This document shows, in pieces, positions 54,973 through 63,782 of a stretch of 64,000 nt of DNA. The notes under the pieces were generated by a model, which was given only the letters and a program-made list of their open reading frames with translations, made no database searches and was not told the DNA's origin. The DNA is from an uncultured Candidatus Peribacteria bacterium (GTDB taxonomy: Bacteria > Patescibacteriota > Gracilibacteria > UBA1369), in contig CAZBQJ010000003.1 of NCBI GenBank assembly GCA_964494085.1, positions 137,458 to 201,457 on the forward strand, written 5' to 3'. How positions within the stretch are numbered: the first letter of the stretch is position 1; each line of letters starts with the position of its first letter. Both the position numbers and the translations under genes were made by a program.

Positions 54973-57216
54973 TTATTTGCGACTTCTTTTTCTGCCGTAT
55001 TTCTTTTTCCCGTGCCAGATGGCTGACAATGCGCCAGTTGCACCAAAGACCAGCATCAACTCTGGACCTGTTTTGGTAGCCTCAGCCGGATAAGGACCAC
55101 TATAAGCTGCCGGATGCAGATTCAGATCAGCGATAGACTGGGTGGGTACGTCTGTTAAAGCATTCTTAATCTCAAGCATAAAGGGAATTCCACTAACAAT
55201 TTCACTTTTAGTCGCACTTTCATTTCCCTCATTATCAATGGCTGTGATAGAAAAGAAATATTCCTTCCCATTTTCCAAATCAGGAATATACCAGGTTGTA
55301 CTAGCCTCCTTGGTTAGGACGCTTTTATCTAATGCTTTCACATCCTGGCCATAGGAAATTTTATAATTTTTTATCTGCTTATCATCAGTCGCTGCATCCC
55401 AAACTAAAGTTACTCTTTTATCAGAGCCATAAGCGATCAAACCGCTTACTTGTGATGGCAATCCGGTACCAGTAGGAGTTTCTACGGGAGTTTCTGCCGG
55501 TGGAATAGTTTCTGTAGGAGTTTCAGTTGGAGTGGTGGTCTTTCCATCATTTTGCTCGATACTACCGCCATTTGGGTCAACAGTTATGGTTGCTTGATCT
55601 TCATACGTTTTTTCATTTTGTAATTCATCAACCAATAAAACATTCATTTTATATACGCCAGCTTCAGCAGGGGCTTGCACCGTTCCCAGGTAAACTGTCG
55701 CATCATCAACACTGGCAGTCAACGGTATAATATCAAAATTAAAGATCACCGCAGCTTGCGCCAAGCTTTTCTCACTGAAAACTTTGACGTTTATCACTGA
55801 ACCCGCTTTGATACCAGTAGTTGGCTCTAATTGTAAATCCTCCAATGGTGGGGGAGTAGTATCGATATTAATCTCTATAGGATCCGATGTACCTACTACT
55901 TCCAGGCTGATCGTGTCGACATTACTAACATAAATCGAATGTTTTCCATCAACCAGATCTGCGGTCTGAAAACTAAATTTACCGCTTGGACCGACCGGCA
56001 CACTACCGATTTCCTGATTATTGTCATAAATCTTTATGGTTGAACTGGATTTAGCTGAACCACTAATGGTTTGTTCTGCCTGACTATAAGTGCCTGGTAC
56101 AGGAGTCGAAATAGTCGGTTTTTCTGTAGTCACAGACCCACTGGAACCACCTCCACCGACAACCACAGACTTGTCACCTTGTTTAAATTTATCATCCAAG
56201 TCATTCACTACTATTTTATAAGTTCCTGCCTGAGCAAAACTCAATCCCAGATTAAAGTTATGTTGGCCCAAATCTTCTGCCAAAAACTTATAGTTTACCG
56301 GTAATACAACTCCCGAGCTATTATCACCCTCGGCCGAAAACCTGATTGTACCAGTATAATCCTCAACCGTGTTACCTTCGGCATCAACTGCTTTTACCTT
56401 GAAACTGATATTTTCATTTGGATTTAGAGTAGGTGGTAGGTCAAAAATTTCAAAACCACTCAATGGACCCGCAGTTGCTGCATTTGCCACTTTAATAAAG
56501 TCTCCGCCTGCATCTGCCAGATAATTCTGATCATTGACAAAAGAAAGCCCCACTCTTTTCTCCAACACTATATCCTCGCCCAGATCGATTGCTAAAAGGT
56601 TTGCCAGTCCTGATAGAGAACTACTTACGGTAAATGTCACCTTACCAGAATCATCGGTTACCCCCATATCCGGTTTAATTTGATCCTCCTTTCTGGAAGA
56701 AACCAGCTTTATCGAATGACCATCCAGAGCATTACCATATGAATCCAATACTGAGACACTGACATTTACTTTGTCCAGGCCATCCGCTTTCAATACAGCT
56801 CGGTCTACCATCACAGTTGACTTGGCGCCATCCAGACTGGTTGGGAAGACTTGAAAGGTCGTTTTAACAGTCTTTTCTCCACCATTATTCGCAGTGGCTA
56901 CCACAGAATAACTGCCGGACTTTTGTGTGTGATAATCATATACCACCGCATTTGCAGAACCATTGGTATTTGCCTTGGTAGAGAGAGATAAAGTTACTTT
57001 ATCCGGCTTTGTCACTGCCAAATTCACCAATTCATTCGGCTGAAAATTCTTCACTTTTATCTCAGTCGCTTGCCCGGCGATAGTATCGCTGCCAATCGCC
57101 ATTGGTAGATCGGCCGCCAGAGTTGTTGAAAACCCTCCGGAAACCAGGCTCATGGCTAATAGCACCGATAAAAACGGTATTTTGTGTCTATAATTTTTGT
57201 TTAGCTCTACAAACAT
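54973..57216 (-). CDS. large secreted surface protein with Big_1-type Ig-like repeats, an FN3 domain and a C-terminal hydrophobic/basic anchor
   Basis: Signal peptide MFVELNKNYRHKIPFLSVLLAMSLVSGGFSTTLAA (start refined to 57216). Big_1-like ...DGHSIKLVSS...DDSGKVTFTVSS. FN3 ...VTLVWDAATDD...YKISY. Tail TKTGPELMLVFGATGALSAIWHGKKKYGRKRSRK. Confidence 0.7.
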   Translation of the reverse strand: MFVELNKNYRHKIPFLSVLLAMSLVSGGFSTTLAADLPMAIGSDTIAGQATEIKVKNFQPNELVNLAVTKPDKVTLSLSTKANTNGSANAVVYDYHTQKSGSYSVVATANNGGEKTVKTTFQVFPTSLDGAKSTVMVDRAVLKADGLDKVNVSVSVLDSYGNALDGHSIKLVSSRKEDQIKPDMGVTDDSGKVTFTVSSSLSGLANLLAIDLGEDIVLEKRVGLSFVNDQNYLADAGGDFIKVANAATAGPLSGFEIFDLPPTLNPNENISFKVKAVDAEGNTVEDYTGTIRFSAEGDNSSGVVLPVNYKFLAEDLGQHNFNLGLSFAQAGTYKIVVNDLDDKFKQGDKSVVVGGGGSSGSVTTEKPTISTPVPGTYSQAEQTISGSAKSSSTIKIYDNNQEIGSVPVGPSGKFSFQTADLVDGKHSIYVSNVDTISLEVVGTSDPIEINIDTTPPPLEDLQLEPTTGIKAGSVINVKVFSEKSLAQAAVIFNFDIIPLTASVDDATVYLGTVQAPAEAGVYKMNVLLVDELQNEKTYEDQATITVDPNGGSIEQNDGKTTTPTETPTETIPPAETPVETPTGTGLPSQVSGLIAYGSDKRVTLVWDAATDDKQIKNYKISYGQDVKALDKSVLTKEASTTWYIPDLENGKEYFFSITAIDNEGNESATKSEIVSGIPFMLEIKNALTDVPTQSIADLNLHPAAYSGPYPAEATKTGPELMLVFGATGALSAIWHGKKKYGRKRSRK

Positions 57217-57290
57217 ACTTTTATGTTTATTTTTAAATCCTTTTATTATATCATAAGCACGCTTAAACCACAACATACTAAGCCATTCGA

Positions 57291-58064
57291 ATGAAATCAA
57301 TCAGCCTCAAAACCCTGATTTTTGGTAGTTTGCTATTTCTTCTTAGCGCTGCGATTGTTTTTCTAGGGTTGTTAAGTCAGTCTGTAGCCGTTTTACAAGG
57401 GATGGGGGTGTCACCGGAGGTTATTTACCTAACCGAAATATTACCATTTATCGGTTTATTTTTAGCCTTTTTCCGGATAATTTTAGGAGTCAATGTTACC
57501 AATATTTTCATACCAATTGTCATAATACTTACTTCCTTTGTTTTGGGCATGGGATTAACGCTTGAAGTACTTTTAATCAGTTTGGTGTTAGCCTATTTAA
57601 CCCGCTATCTGATCAGCGAATTCCATCTCCATCTAGCCGTAAAATCCTCATTAATAATAACCTTGGTCTCCATCGGACTTATTCTAATACTTCCATTTTT
57701 GCGTAATTCCAAACTATTTATCGATAGCAATAGCCATTTAGTGATTATTTATGGACTTTTAATCATAGCCATTCTGAATGAAAAGCTTTCCACTTTGAAA
57801 ATGACCCACAATAACCTTTGGGGAGACCTCAAAAATGTTATCAAAACGATCATTTTTGCCATAATTTGTTTTCTTTTCCTGGGAGGTACTATTTATTGGA
57901 GTCCGGAATATCAGTGGCAATGGCCCTGGTTGAAAAATTTCATCATGAACTTTCCCGAATCCATCTTTATTGCCCTATTTTTGACCTTTGCTATCGGTCG
58001 TTACACTGGACTTCGGGTCAGTGAAATTTTCCGTTTTCGCAAGCTAATTTTTAAGAATAATTAA
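57291..58064 (+). CDS. polytopic (7-8 TM) membrane protein, candidate partner of the downstream ATP-grasp fusion
   Basis: 257 aa, almost entirely hydrophobic helices. Its TAA overlaps the next ATG (TAATG at 58062-58066). Possibly the '7TM usually fused to inactive transglutaminase' family, unverified. Confidence 0.5.
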   Translation: MKSISLKTLIFGSLLFLLSAAIVFLGLLSQSVAVLQGMGVSPEVIYLTEILPFIGLFLAFFRIILGVNVTNIFIPIVIILTSFVLGMGLTLEVLLISLVLAYLTRYLISEFHLHLAVKSSLIITLVSIGLILILPFLRNSKLFIDSNSHLVIIYGLLIIAILNEKLSTLKMTHNNLWGDLKNVIKTIIFAIICFLFLGGTIYWSPEYQWQWPWLKNFIMNFPESIFIALFLTFAIGRYTGLRVSEIFRFRKLIFKNN

Positions 58065-60439
58065 TGCTATTCAGCAATACCGGAATTTTAGGTATCAACG
58101 CGCGAAACCTTCTCTTCATCCGACCCTTCAACAAAGAAAAAAGCGTTGAAATCGCCGATGATAAGTTGAAAACAAAGGCTTTTCTCTCCGCCCGAGGTAT
58201 TCCTGTACCCAAATTATTGGCAGTCATCAACAATCGACAAGAGCTGGAAAACTTCAATCCCTTCAAACTCCCCGGAGAATTTGTCCTTAAACCTAACCTT
58301 GGTTATGGAGGACAGGGGATTATCCCCATTCTAGGTCGGAATAATGGTAGGTTTACCGGGCCAGATGGACAGACCTTTAGTAAGGATGACCTTTATGAGC
58401 ATATGAAGCACATTCTCAGCGGCGATTTTTCTATCAGCGATCGGGCAGATCGAGCCTTTTTCGAAAAGCTGATAGTTACTGATGATTTATTGGGAAAATA
58501 TTCATATAAAGGGCTTCCGGACATCAGAATAATCGTTCATAATTTAGTACCGGTAATGGCAATGCTGCGCCTTCCGACCATTGAGTCAAATGGCAAGGCA
58601 AACATCCATTTAGGTGCTATTGGAGCTGGAATCGATCTAGCCAAAGGCGAAGTTACACATTTACTTTATCGTCATAAAATCATCAAAGAAATCCCTGGGC
58701 AGGGGCCAATCAGAGGCCTAAAAATACCATTCTGGGATGAGCTGCTGAAAATCGCCAGTAAAGCTCAACTCGCCACTAACCTCGGTTATATGGGGGCCGA
58801 CATCGCCATAGATAAACATCAAGGGCCTGTCCTTTTGGAAATAAATGCTCGTGCCGGTATCAGTATTCAGTTGGCCAATCTTACTCCATTGCGAAAAAGA
58901 TTGGAAAAATTAGACGAGGTAAATATTAAAAGCGTAGAAAAAGGAGTACGACTGGCCAAAGATATGTTCGGTTATTCTATCGAAAAGGATATCAAATCTC
59001 TATCCGGAAAAAAAGTTATTGGCATTTATGAACATCTCGAGTTTTTCCATCACAATGAAAGTATCGAAAGTGTCGCCTTTATCAACACTTCCAGGAAAAA
59101 AAGTTACATAAGTCTAAAGCTGGCCAAACAACTCGGTATCATCAAATCCAAAAAACAAAAGGATATAGACAAGCTAACCATTAAGTTGAAATTCAAACTT
59201 GCTGGCACAAAGCTCACTTCGATTTTCAAATTGGATAAAAATATCCGCAAGAAATATGATGTCATAATCGGTAATCGCGATTTGACTGGACAATTCCTGG
59301 TTGACGCTTCAATCAACAATCTCTTATCGGAAAAATCATCTGGGCAAACCAGCAAAATTTTTATCTCCAATTATGACCCGATTGAAACTGATCGACAAAT
59401 CTGCAAAGTAAACAGCCAACTGAGATTTTTGAGTTTTCTGCGGCCAACCAATTTTTCCGAGGAATCCAAGAAATTCCAAGCCGATCATAGCTATAACCCT
59501 CAATTTATCTACAAAGAACCAGATCAGGACTTTCAACAGTTAAAGAAACATTTATTAAAAATAAAGTACGATGATAGTGATCTTGGAAAACTCTTTCACA
59601 AGAAAATTTTAGAATTACACAATCGCTTGGATATCATCTCGGCCAGAGGATCAGAGTCTTTTAGCGACCTCTCAAAAATAGGTTTTGGCTTCCCCACCGC
59701 GGCAGACCTGGACGAGATCAGATACAGTCCCAACCGTATTCATTCTACAAAACATCTTAAAAAATATACTTCTCTTGAATTGAAACATATTTTTGAAGAA
59801 GTACTTGAGCAGTACGGAATCCACAATTGGCGAGTCATACTACGTGAAAATATGATCAGTAAATGTATGGTGAATCAAAACAAGAAGGTATTAATCAAGA
59901 AAAACAGCTTTTTCAATGAGCAGCGTGTCAAAGACCTGGTAATTCATGAAATTGAAACACACCTTTTGACCAGCAGAAACGGAAGCCTGCAAAAATATAA
60001 ATTATTTAATTACGGTTTCGCTAATTATTTGGAAACACAAGAAGGGTTGGCAATCAATAATGTCTTATCACAGAGCCCACATCATACTGAAGCCCGTCAC
60101 AAGGAAATACTTACCGAAGCGATTTACCTGGCCGATAAACTTTCATTAGTCGAATTATTCCAAAAACTACGAGAAAAAAAGTTGTCAGAAAAAAGCGCCA
60201 TGGATATCTGCTTTAGAGTCAAAAGAGGAATAGGGGACACTTCCAAAGGTGGTAGTTTCACTAAGGATTACTGTTATTTCAGTGGTCGAAAGAAAATCAA
60301 AGCATTTTTGGATGAGGGAGGGGATTTGCGTGATCTTTATCACGGTAAATACAGTGTTGACGACGTAAATATAATTAAAAACATTAGTTCTTTTAAAATC
60401 CCTCCACTTTTGCCTAAATGGCTAAACAAAGACCTCTAA
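58064..60439 (+). CDS. fusion protein: RimK-related ATP-grasp amino-acid ligase + degenerate RimB/DUF785-like segment + DUF1704/MATCAP-like (QEGLA-motif) metallocarboxypeptidase
   Basis: aa 1-300: GILGINARNLLFI, DDKLKTKAFL, FVLKPNLGYGGQGI, LLEINARAG. aa 315-415 ends in IIGNRDLTGQFLVD. aa 430-791 carries HEIETH (59945-59962) and QEGLA (60038-60052). Confidence 0.7.
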   Translation: MLFSNTGILGINARNLLFIRPFNKEKSVEIADDKLKTKAFLSARGIPVPKLLAVINNRQELENFNPFKLPGEFVLKPNLGYGGQGIIPILGRNNGRFTGPDGQTFSKDDLYEHMKHILSGDFSISDRADRAFFEKLIVTDDLLGKYSYKGLPDIRIIVHNLVPVMAMLRLPTIESNGKANIHLGAIGAGIDLAKGEVTHLLYRHKIIKEIPGQGPIRGLKIPFWDELLKIASKAQLATNLGYMGADIAIDKHQGPVLLEINARAGISIQLANLTPLRKRLEKLDEVNIKSVEKGVRLAKDMFGYSIEKDIKSLSGKKVIGIYEHLEFFHHNESIESVAFINTSRKKSYISLKLAKQLGIIKSKKQKDIDKLTIKLKFKLAGTKLTSIFKLDKNIRKKYDVIIGNRDLTGQFLVDASINNLLSEKSSGQTSKIFISNYDPIETDRQICKVNSQLRFLSFLRPTNFSEESKKFQADHSYNPQFIYKEPDQDFQQLKKHLLKIKYDDSDLGKLFHKKILELHNRLDIISARGSESFSDLSKIGFGFPTAADLDEIRYSPNRIHSTKHLKKYTSLELKHIFEEVLEQYGIHNWRVILRENMISKCMVNQNKKVLIKKNSFFNEQRVKDLVIHEIETHLLTSRNGSLQKYKLFNYGFANYLETQEGLAINNVLSQSPHHTEARHKEILTEAIYLADKLSLVELFQKLREKKLSEKSAMDICFRVKRGIGDTSKGGSFTKDYCYFSGRKKIKAFLDEGGDLRDLYHGKYSVDDVNIIKNISSFKIPPLLPKWLNKDL

Positions 60440-61449
60440 AGAATCAGCATTCCGTCCCCAAACGAAAAGAATCTCATTTTCCTGTTTATAGCTTGTTGGT
60501 AAAGCTCTAAAAGTTTTTCTTTTCCAATCAAGGCAGCCACCAGCATTAACAACGTACTTTTTGGTAAATGAAAGTTCGTGATTAATCCATTAATAACTTT
60601 CCAATCGTAACCTGGCTTGATAAAAATATTTGTCGAGAATTTACCACCTCGAATCTCACCGAATTTACCAAAATTATCTTCCAACACTCGTACGGAAGTT
60701 GTCCCTACTGCAATTATCCTTTTCCCATTGGCAATATGCCTATTCAATCTATCCGCACTTCGATAATCTATCTCATATTTTTCCTCATGCATTTTATGGA
60801 ATCTGCTATCAGCAGCTTTCACGGGCAGGAAAGTTCCTAGCCCGACATGTAAAGTTACAAATTCCATACTTACTCCGCGATCCTGCAATCTGGATAATAA
60901 TTGATTGGTAAAGTGTAAACCAGCCGTCGGTGCAGCTACACTTCCATTTTTCGTAGAATAAACAGTATTATAATCTGCCGCATGGTAATTCCGTTGCGTT
61001 ATATAAGGCGGAACCGGCATTTCCCCAAACTTATCCAGGAATTCAGCCAAGTTACTTTCATCAGCACTGATTCTAAAGTGTCTCAATCCATCTGCATCAA
61101 TTGCCATCACTTTCATATTTACCCCATGAAGATTAATTTCCGAACCCGCTAAAAACCTCTTTCCGGGTCTTACTAGGGCTTTCCAATTCAAACCCACTTT
61201 TTCCAGTAAAAAAATCTCTGCCATTTTTCCATCCAGTTCAAAAATCAATCTTGCCGGAATAACCTTGGAATTATTGAATACCAACAAATCATTTTCATTT
61301 AAATAGTTAGGCAAATCGAAAAAATGTCCCCAGGTAGCCTGATCTTTTTGGCGATTATAGCTTAGTAATTCCGCATAATCTCTAGGTTCCACAGGAGCAT
61401 TGGCAATCAAGTCCTTCGGTAAAGCAAAATTGAAATTCTCTAACAGCAT
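60436..61449 (-). CDS. queA: S-adenosylmethionine:tRNA ribosyltransferase-isomerase
   Basis: FNFALPKDLIANAPVEPRD, VAAPTAGLHFT, GTTSVRVLE, FFSFGDGMLI. Confidence 0.93.
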   Translation of the reverse strand: MLLENFNFALPKDLIANAPVEPRDYAELLSYNRQKDQATWGHFFDLPNYLNENDLLVFNNSKVIPARLIFELDGKMAEIFLLEKVGLNWKALVRPGKRFLAGSEINLHGVNMKVMAIDADGLRHFRISADESNLAEFLDKFGEMPVPPYITQRNYHAADYNTVYSTKNGSVAAPTAGLHFTNQLLSRLQDRGVSMEFVTLHVGLGTFLPVKAADSRFHKMHEEKYEIDYRSADRLNRHIANGKRIIAVGTTSVRVLEDNFGKFGEIRGGKFSTNIFIKPGYDWKVINGLITNFHLPKSTLLMLVAALIGKEKLLELYQQAINRKMRFFSFGDGMLIL

Positions 61450-61511
61450 TGAAAAAACTAAAGTTCTTCAATTTTGCCTTAATCTTTCGCAAAATCAATA
61501 GAAACCCAGGT

Positions 61512-62669
61512 TTATGTTGATACCGATTCATCAGTCCAACGTTCTTGTTTCTGATCTATAACAGCTTTACCTGCAACACCTTCTTCCAATTTCTTCACCA
61601 CAATCAAAGTCACGTCATCATCTTGGACATGCTCCTCTACAAATTTCGAAAAATCTTTAGCGATATTTTGGATAATTGATTGCGCATCTCCATTTCCCGC
61701 ATACAATCCAATTGCCGTTTTCAGTCTGTCCAAGCCAAAAAGTTCCCCCTTCATATTTCTGGCTTCTGTAATACCATCACTATATAAAACAATTACATCT
61801 CCAGTCGATAAAGGTAAATCCTTCTCTTTAATGATTTTGCTATTGTCGGCAACCATCCCCAGGGCAATTCCACCACTGACCATAGATTCAACTGTACCTG
61901 TTTTCGCTCTATATATAACCAAATATTCATGTCCACAACCGATATAAGTCATTTTTTTCGCCAAATTATCCCATTTTAGCATCAACATGCTCATAAACAT
62001 GGTCGCTCTTATTCTCGTTTTCAATCGTTTATTGGTCTGCACTACCACTTCATAGGCTGAATCGTAAACTTCTGCATAAGCATTAATTAATGTATTTACC
62101 ATCGTCATGACAATAGCAGCCGGAACTCCATGCCCCGTCACATCACCAACATAAAAATAAGTACTATTGCCTGCCTTTATAAAATCTAGGCTATCACCAC
62201 CCAATTCTTCCGCTGATCTATTTTTCACTGCTATGTCAAACCCCTCAATCGAAGGTGCCAGAACAGGAATTAATTCTCTTTGTAACTGACCGGCAATATG
62301 TAATTCGCCACTGACCCTTCTACTTTGTTCCAGTTCTTCTGTAACTTTTTCCAGGCTAGATGTTACTTCATTAAAAAAATATCCGAAAATACCAATTTCA
62401 TCCGTTCTATTAGTGTAGATTTTTTTATAACGTCGATTGGTTAACAAGGCCTTAACCTGGTCTAAAACTCGATTGAAAGGAACGACAAAATCCGCAAAGT
62501 AAACTCCCAAAGCCATCACAAACATGACCAGACCCATAATTGCTACGGCGCGCCAGCCAAAGCCAGTCCAGTCAAAAATATAAGCCAATCCAAAAAATAT
62601 CACAAATACAGCCAGAGCCAGCAGCACAAAATGTACATAAATCCTTTTTGTCAGGATATTTTTATGCAT
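61512..62669 (-). CDS. membrane-bound PP2C/SpoIIE-family serine phosphatase with a HAMP-like linker
   Basis: Two N-terminal TM helices and a HAMP-like segment. PP2C motifs GGDSLDF, GDVTGHGVPAA, LYSDGITEA, DDVTLIVV. Confidence 0.8.
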   Translation of the reverse strand: MHKNILTKRIYVHFVLLALAVFVIFFGLAYIFDWTGFGWRAVAIMGLVMFVMALGVYFADFVVPFNRVLDQVKALLTNRRYKKIYTNRTDEIGIFGYFFNEVTSSLEKVTEELEQSRRVSGELHIAGQLQRELIPVLAPSIEGFDIAVKNRSAEELGGDSLDFIKAGNSTYFYVGDVTGHGVPAAIVMTMVNTLINAYAEVYDSAYEVVVQTNKRLKTRIRATMFMSMLMLKWDNLAKKMTYIGCGHEYLVIYRAKTGTVESMVSGGIALGMVADNSKIIKEKDLPLSTGDVIVLYSDGITEARNMKGELFGLDRLKTAIGLYAGNGDAQSIIQNIAKDFSKFVEEHVQDDDVTLIVVKKLEEGVAGKAVIDQKQERWTDESVST

Positions 62670-63033
62670 TTTCTAAAGTTTTTAAAAATTCCGGCATAGT
62701 TTTATAGTGTTCAGTTGTCTCAAATATACCAATAGTATTCAGTACATCCTCAACATTTTTCCTTGCGCCGATTAAAACCAGCTTTTTGTTGGCTAATTTT
62801 AGGTTTTCGCTATATTGAAAGAGTAGTCCGATGCCCTGACTGTTTATATATTCCAAATTAACAAAGCTAAATACCAAAATTTTCGGCTCTACAGAATGGA
62901 CAATCTTTTCTAATTCTTTACCTTTCTCATGAAGAGTATAAGAGTCCATACTACCGATAAAATCCACTGACCAGAAGTGAGGATTTGTGTCTTTACTAAC
63001 CACTAATTCTAAAGTATTTCCTATCATAACCAT
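62662..63033 (-). CDS. STAS-domain anti-sigma-factor antagonist (RsbV/SpoIIAA-like)
   Basis: 123 aa. ...YINSQGIGLL... (phosphorylatable Ser context). 8-nt overlap with the downstream phosphatase gene. Confidence 0.7.
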   Translation of the reverse strand: MVMIGNTLELVVSKDTNPHFWSVDFIGSMDSYTLHEKGKELEKIVHSVEPKILVFSFVNLEYINSQGIGLLFQYSENLKLANKKLVLIGARKNVEDVLNTIGIFETTEHYKTMPEFLKTLENA

Positions 63034-63111
63034 GTTTTATTTAAATATTCGTGTCATTTTAACATAAATAATGGTTTATGAGAAGATGCCGTTAGATCTA
63101 GCGCATATTTC

Positions 63112-63149
63112 AAAAAATAAGAGGTCACTTCTAAGTGACCTCTTATTTT
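63112..63149 (-). terminator. Rho-independent terminator downstream of tsf
   Basis: 16-bp perfect stem at 63114-63129 and 63134-63149 (AAAATAAGAGGTCACT / AGTGACCTCTTATTTT), loop TCTA, with the minus-strand T-run formed largely by the AT-rich stem base (TTATTTT) plus about 2 further T. Confidence 0.7.
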
Positions 63150-63166
63150 AATGTATGTAAATCAAC

Positions 63167-63754
63167 TTATACTTCGTATCTCACAAATCTGACAATCTTG
63201 ATATTTTCACCCAATTTATTGATAGCTTCTTGGATCAAATGTTCTATAGTCCTATCAGGGTCTTTGATAAAAGCCTGTTTTGTTAAAGCAAACTCCTCTC
63301 TGGCCTTCTTTTCTTTATTAACTAGAATCATCTCTATCTTATCTGCTGGTTTACCTTCATTCTTTAATTGGTCCATCCAAATTTCCTTTTCTTTAGCAAT
63401 AAATTCATCACTAATTTCTTCTGGATGAACAGCTTTAGGGCTGGCTGCAACAACTTGCATGGCAATATCCATAGCCAGTTCTACAAATTTCTCATTTTTG
63501 GCTACAAAGTCAGTTTCACAAGCCAATTGGACCATTGCTCCAACCTTCTTATTGTTATGGATATAAGAATAAACAATTCCCTGGCCGGTTTGACGCTCCG
63601 ATTTTTCTGCTGCTTTCATTTCACCCTTCTTGCGAAGTATTTCCACAGATTTTTCAAAATCACCGTCAGTTTCTTCTAATGCCTTTTTACAAGCCATCAT
63701 CGAAGCTCCTGTAGCTTCACGCAAATTCTTAACATCATCAAGAGATACACTCAT
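63167..63754 (-). CDS. tsf: elongation factor Ts (short form)
   Basis: N-terminal UBA-like LREATGASMMACKKALEETDGDFEKSVEILRKKG. 195 aa. Confidence 0.9.
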   Translation of the reverse strand: MSVSLDDVKNLREATGASMMACKKALEETDGDFEKSVEILRKKGEMKAAEKSERQTGQGIVYSYIHNNKKVGAMVQLACETDFVAKNEKFVELAMDIAMQVVAASPKAVHPEEISDEFIAKEKEIWMDQLKNEGKPADKIEMILVNKEKKAREEFALTKQAFIKDPDRTIEHLIQEAINKLGENIKIVRFVRYEV

Positions 63755-63782
63755 CTTCTTATTATTATGGAATATTACTAAA

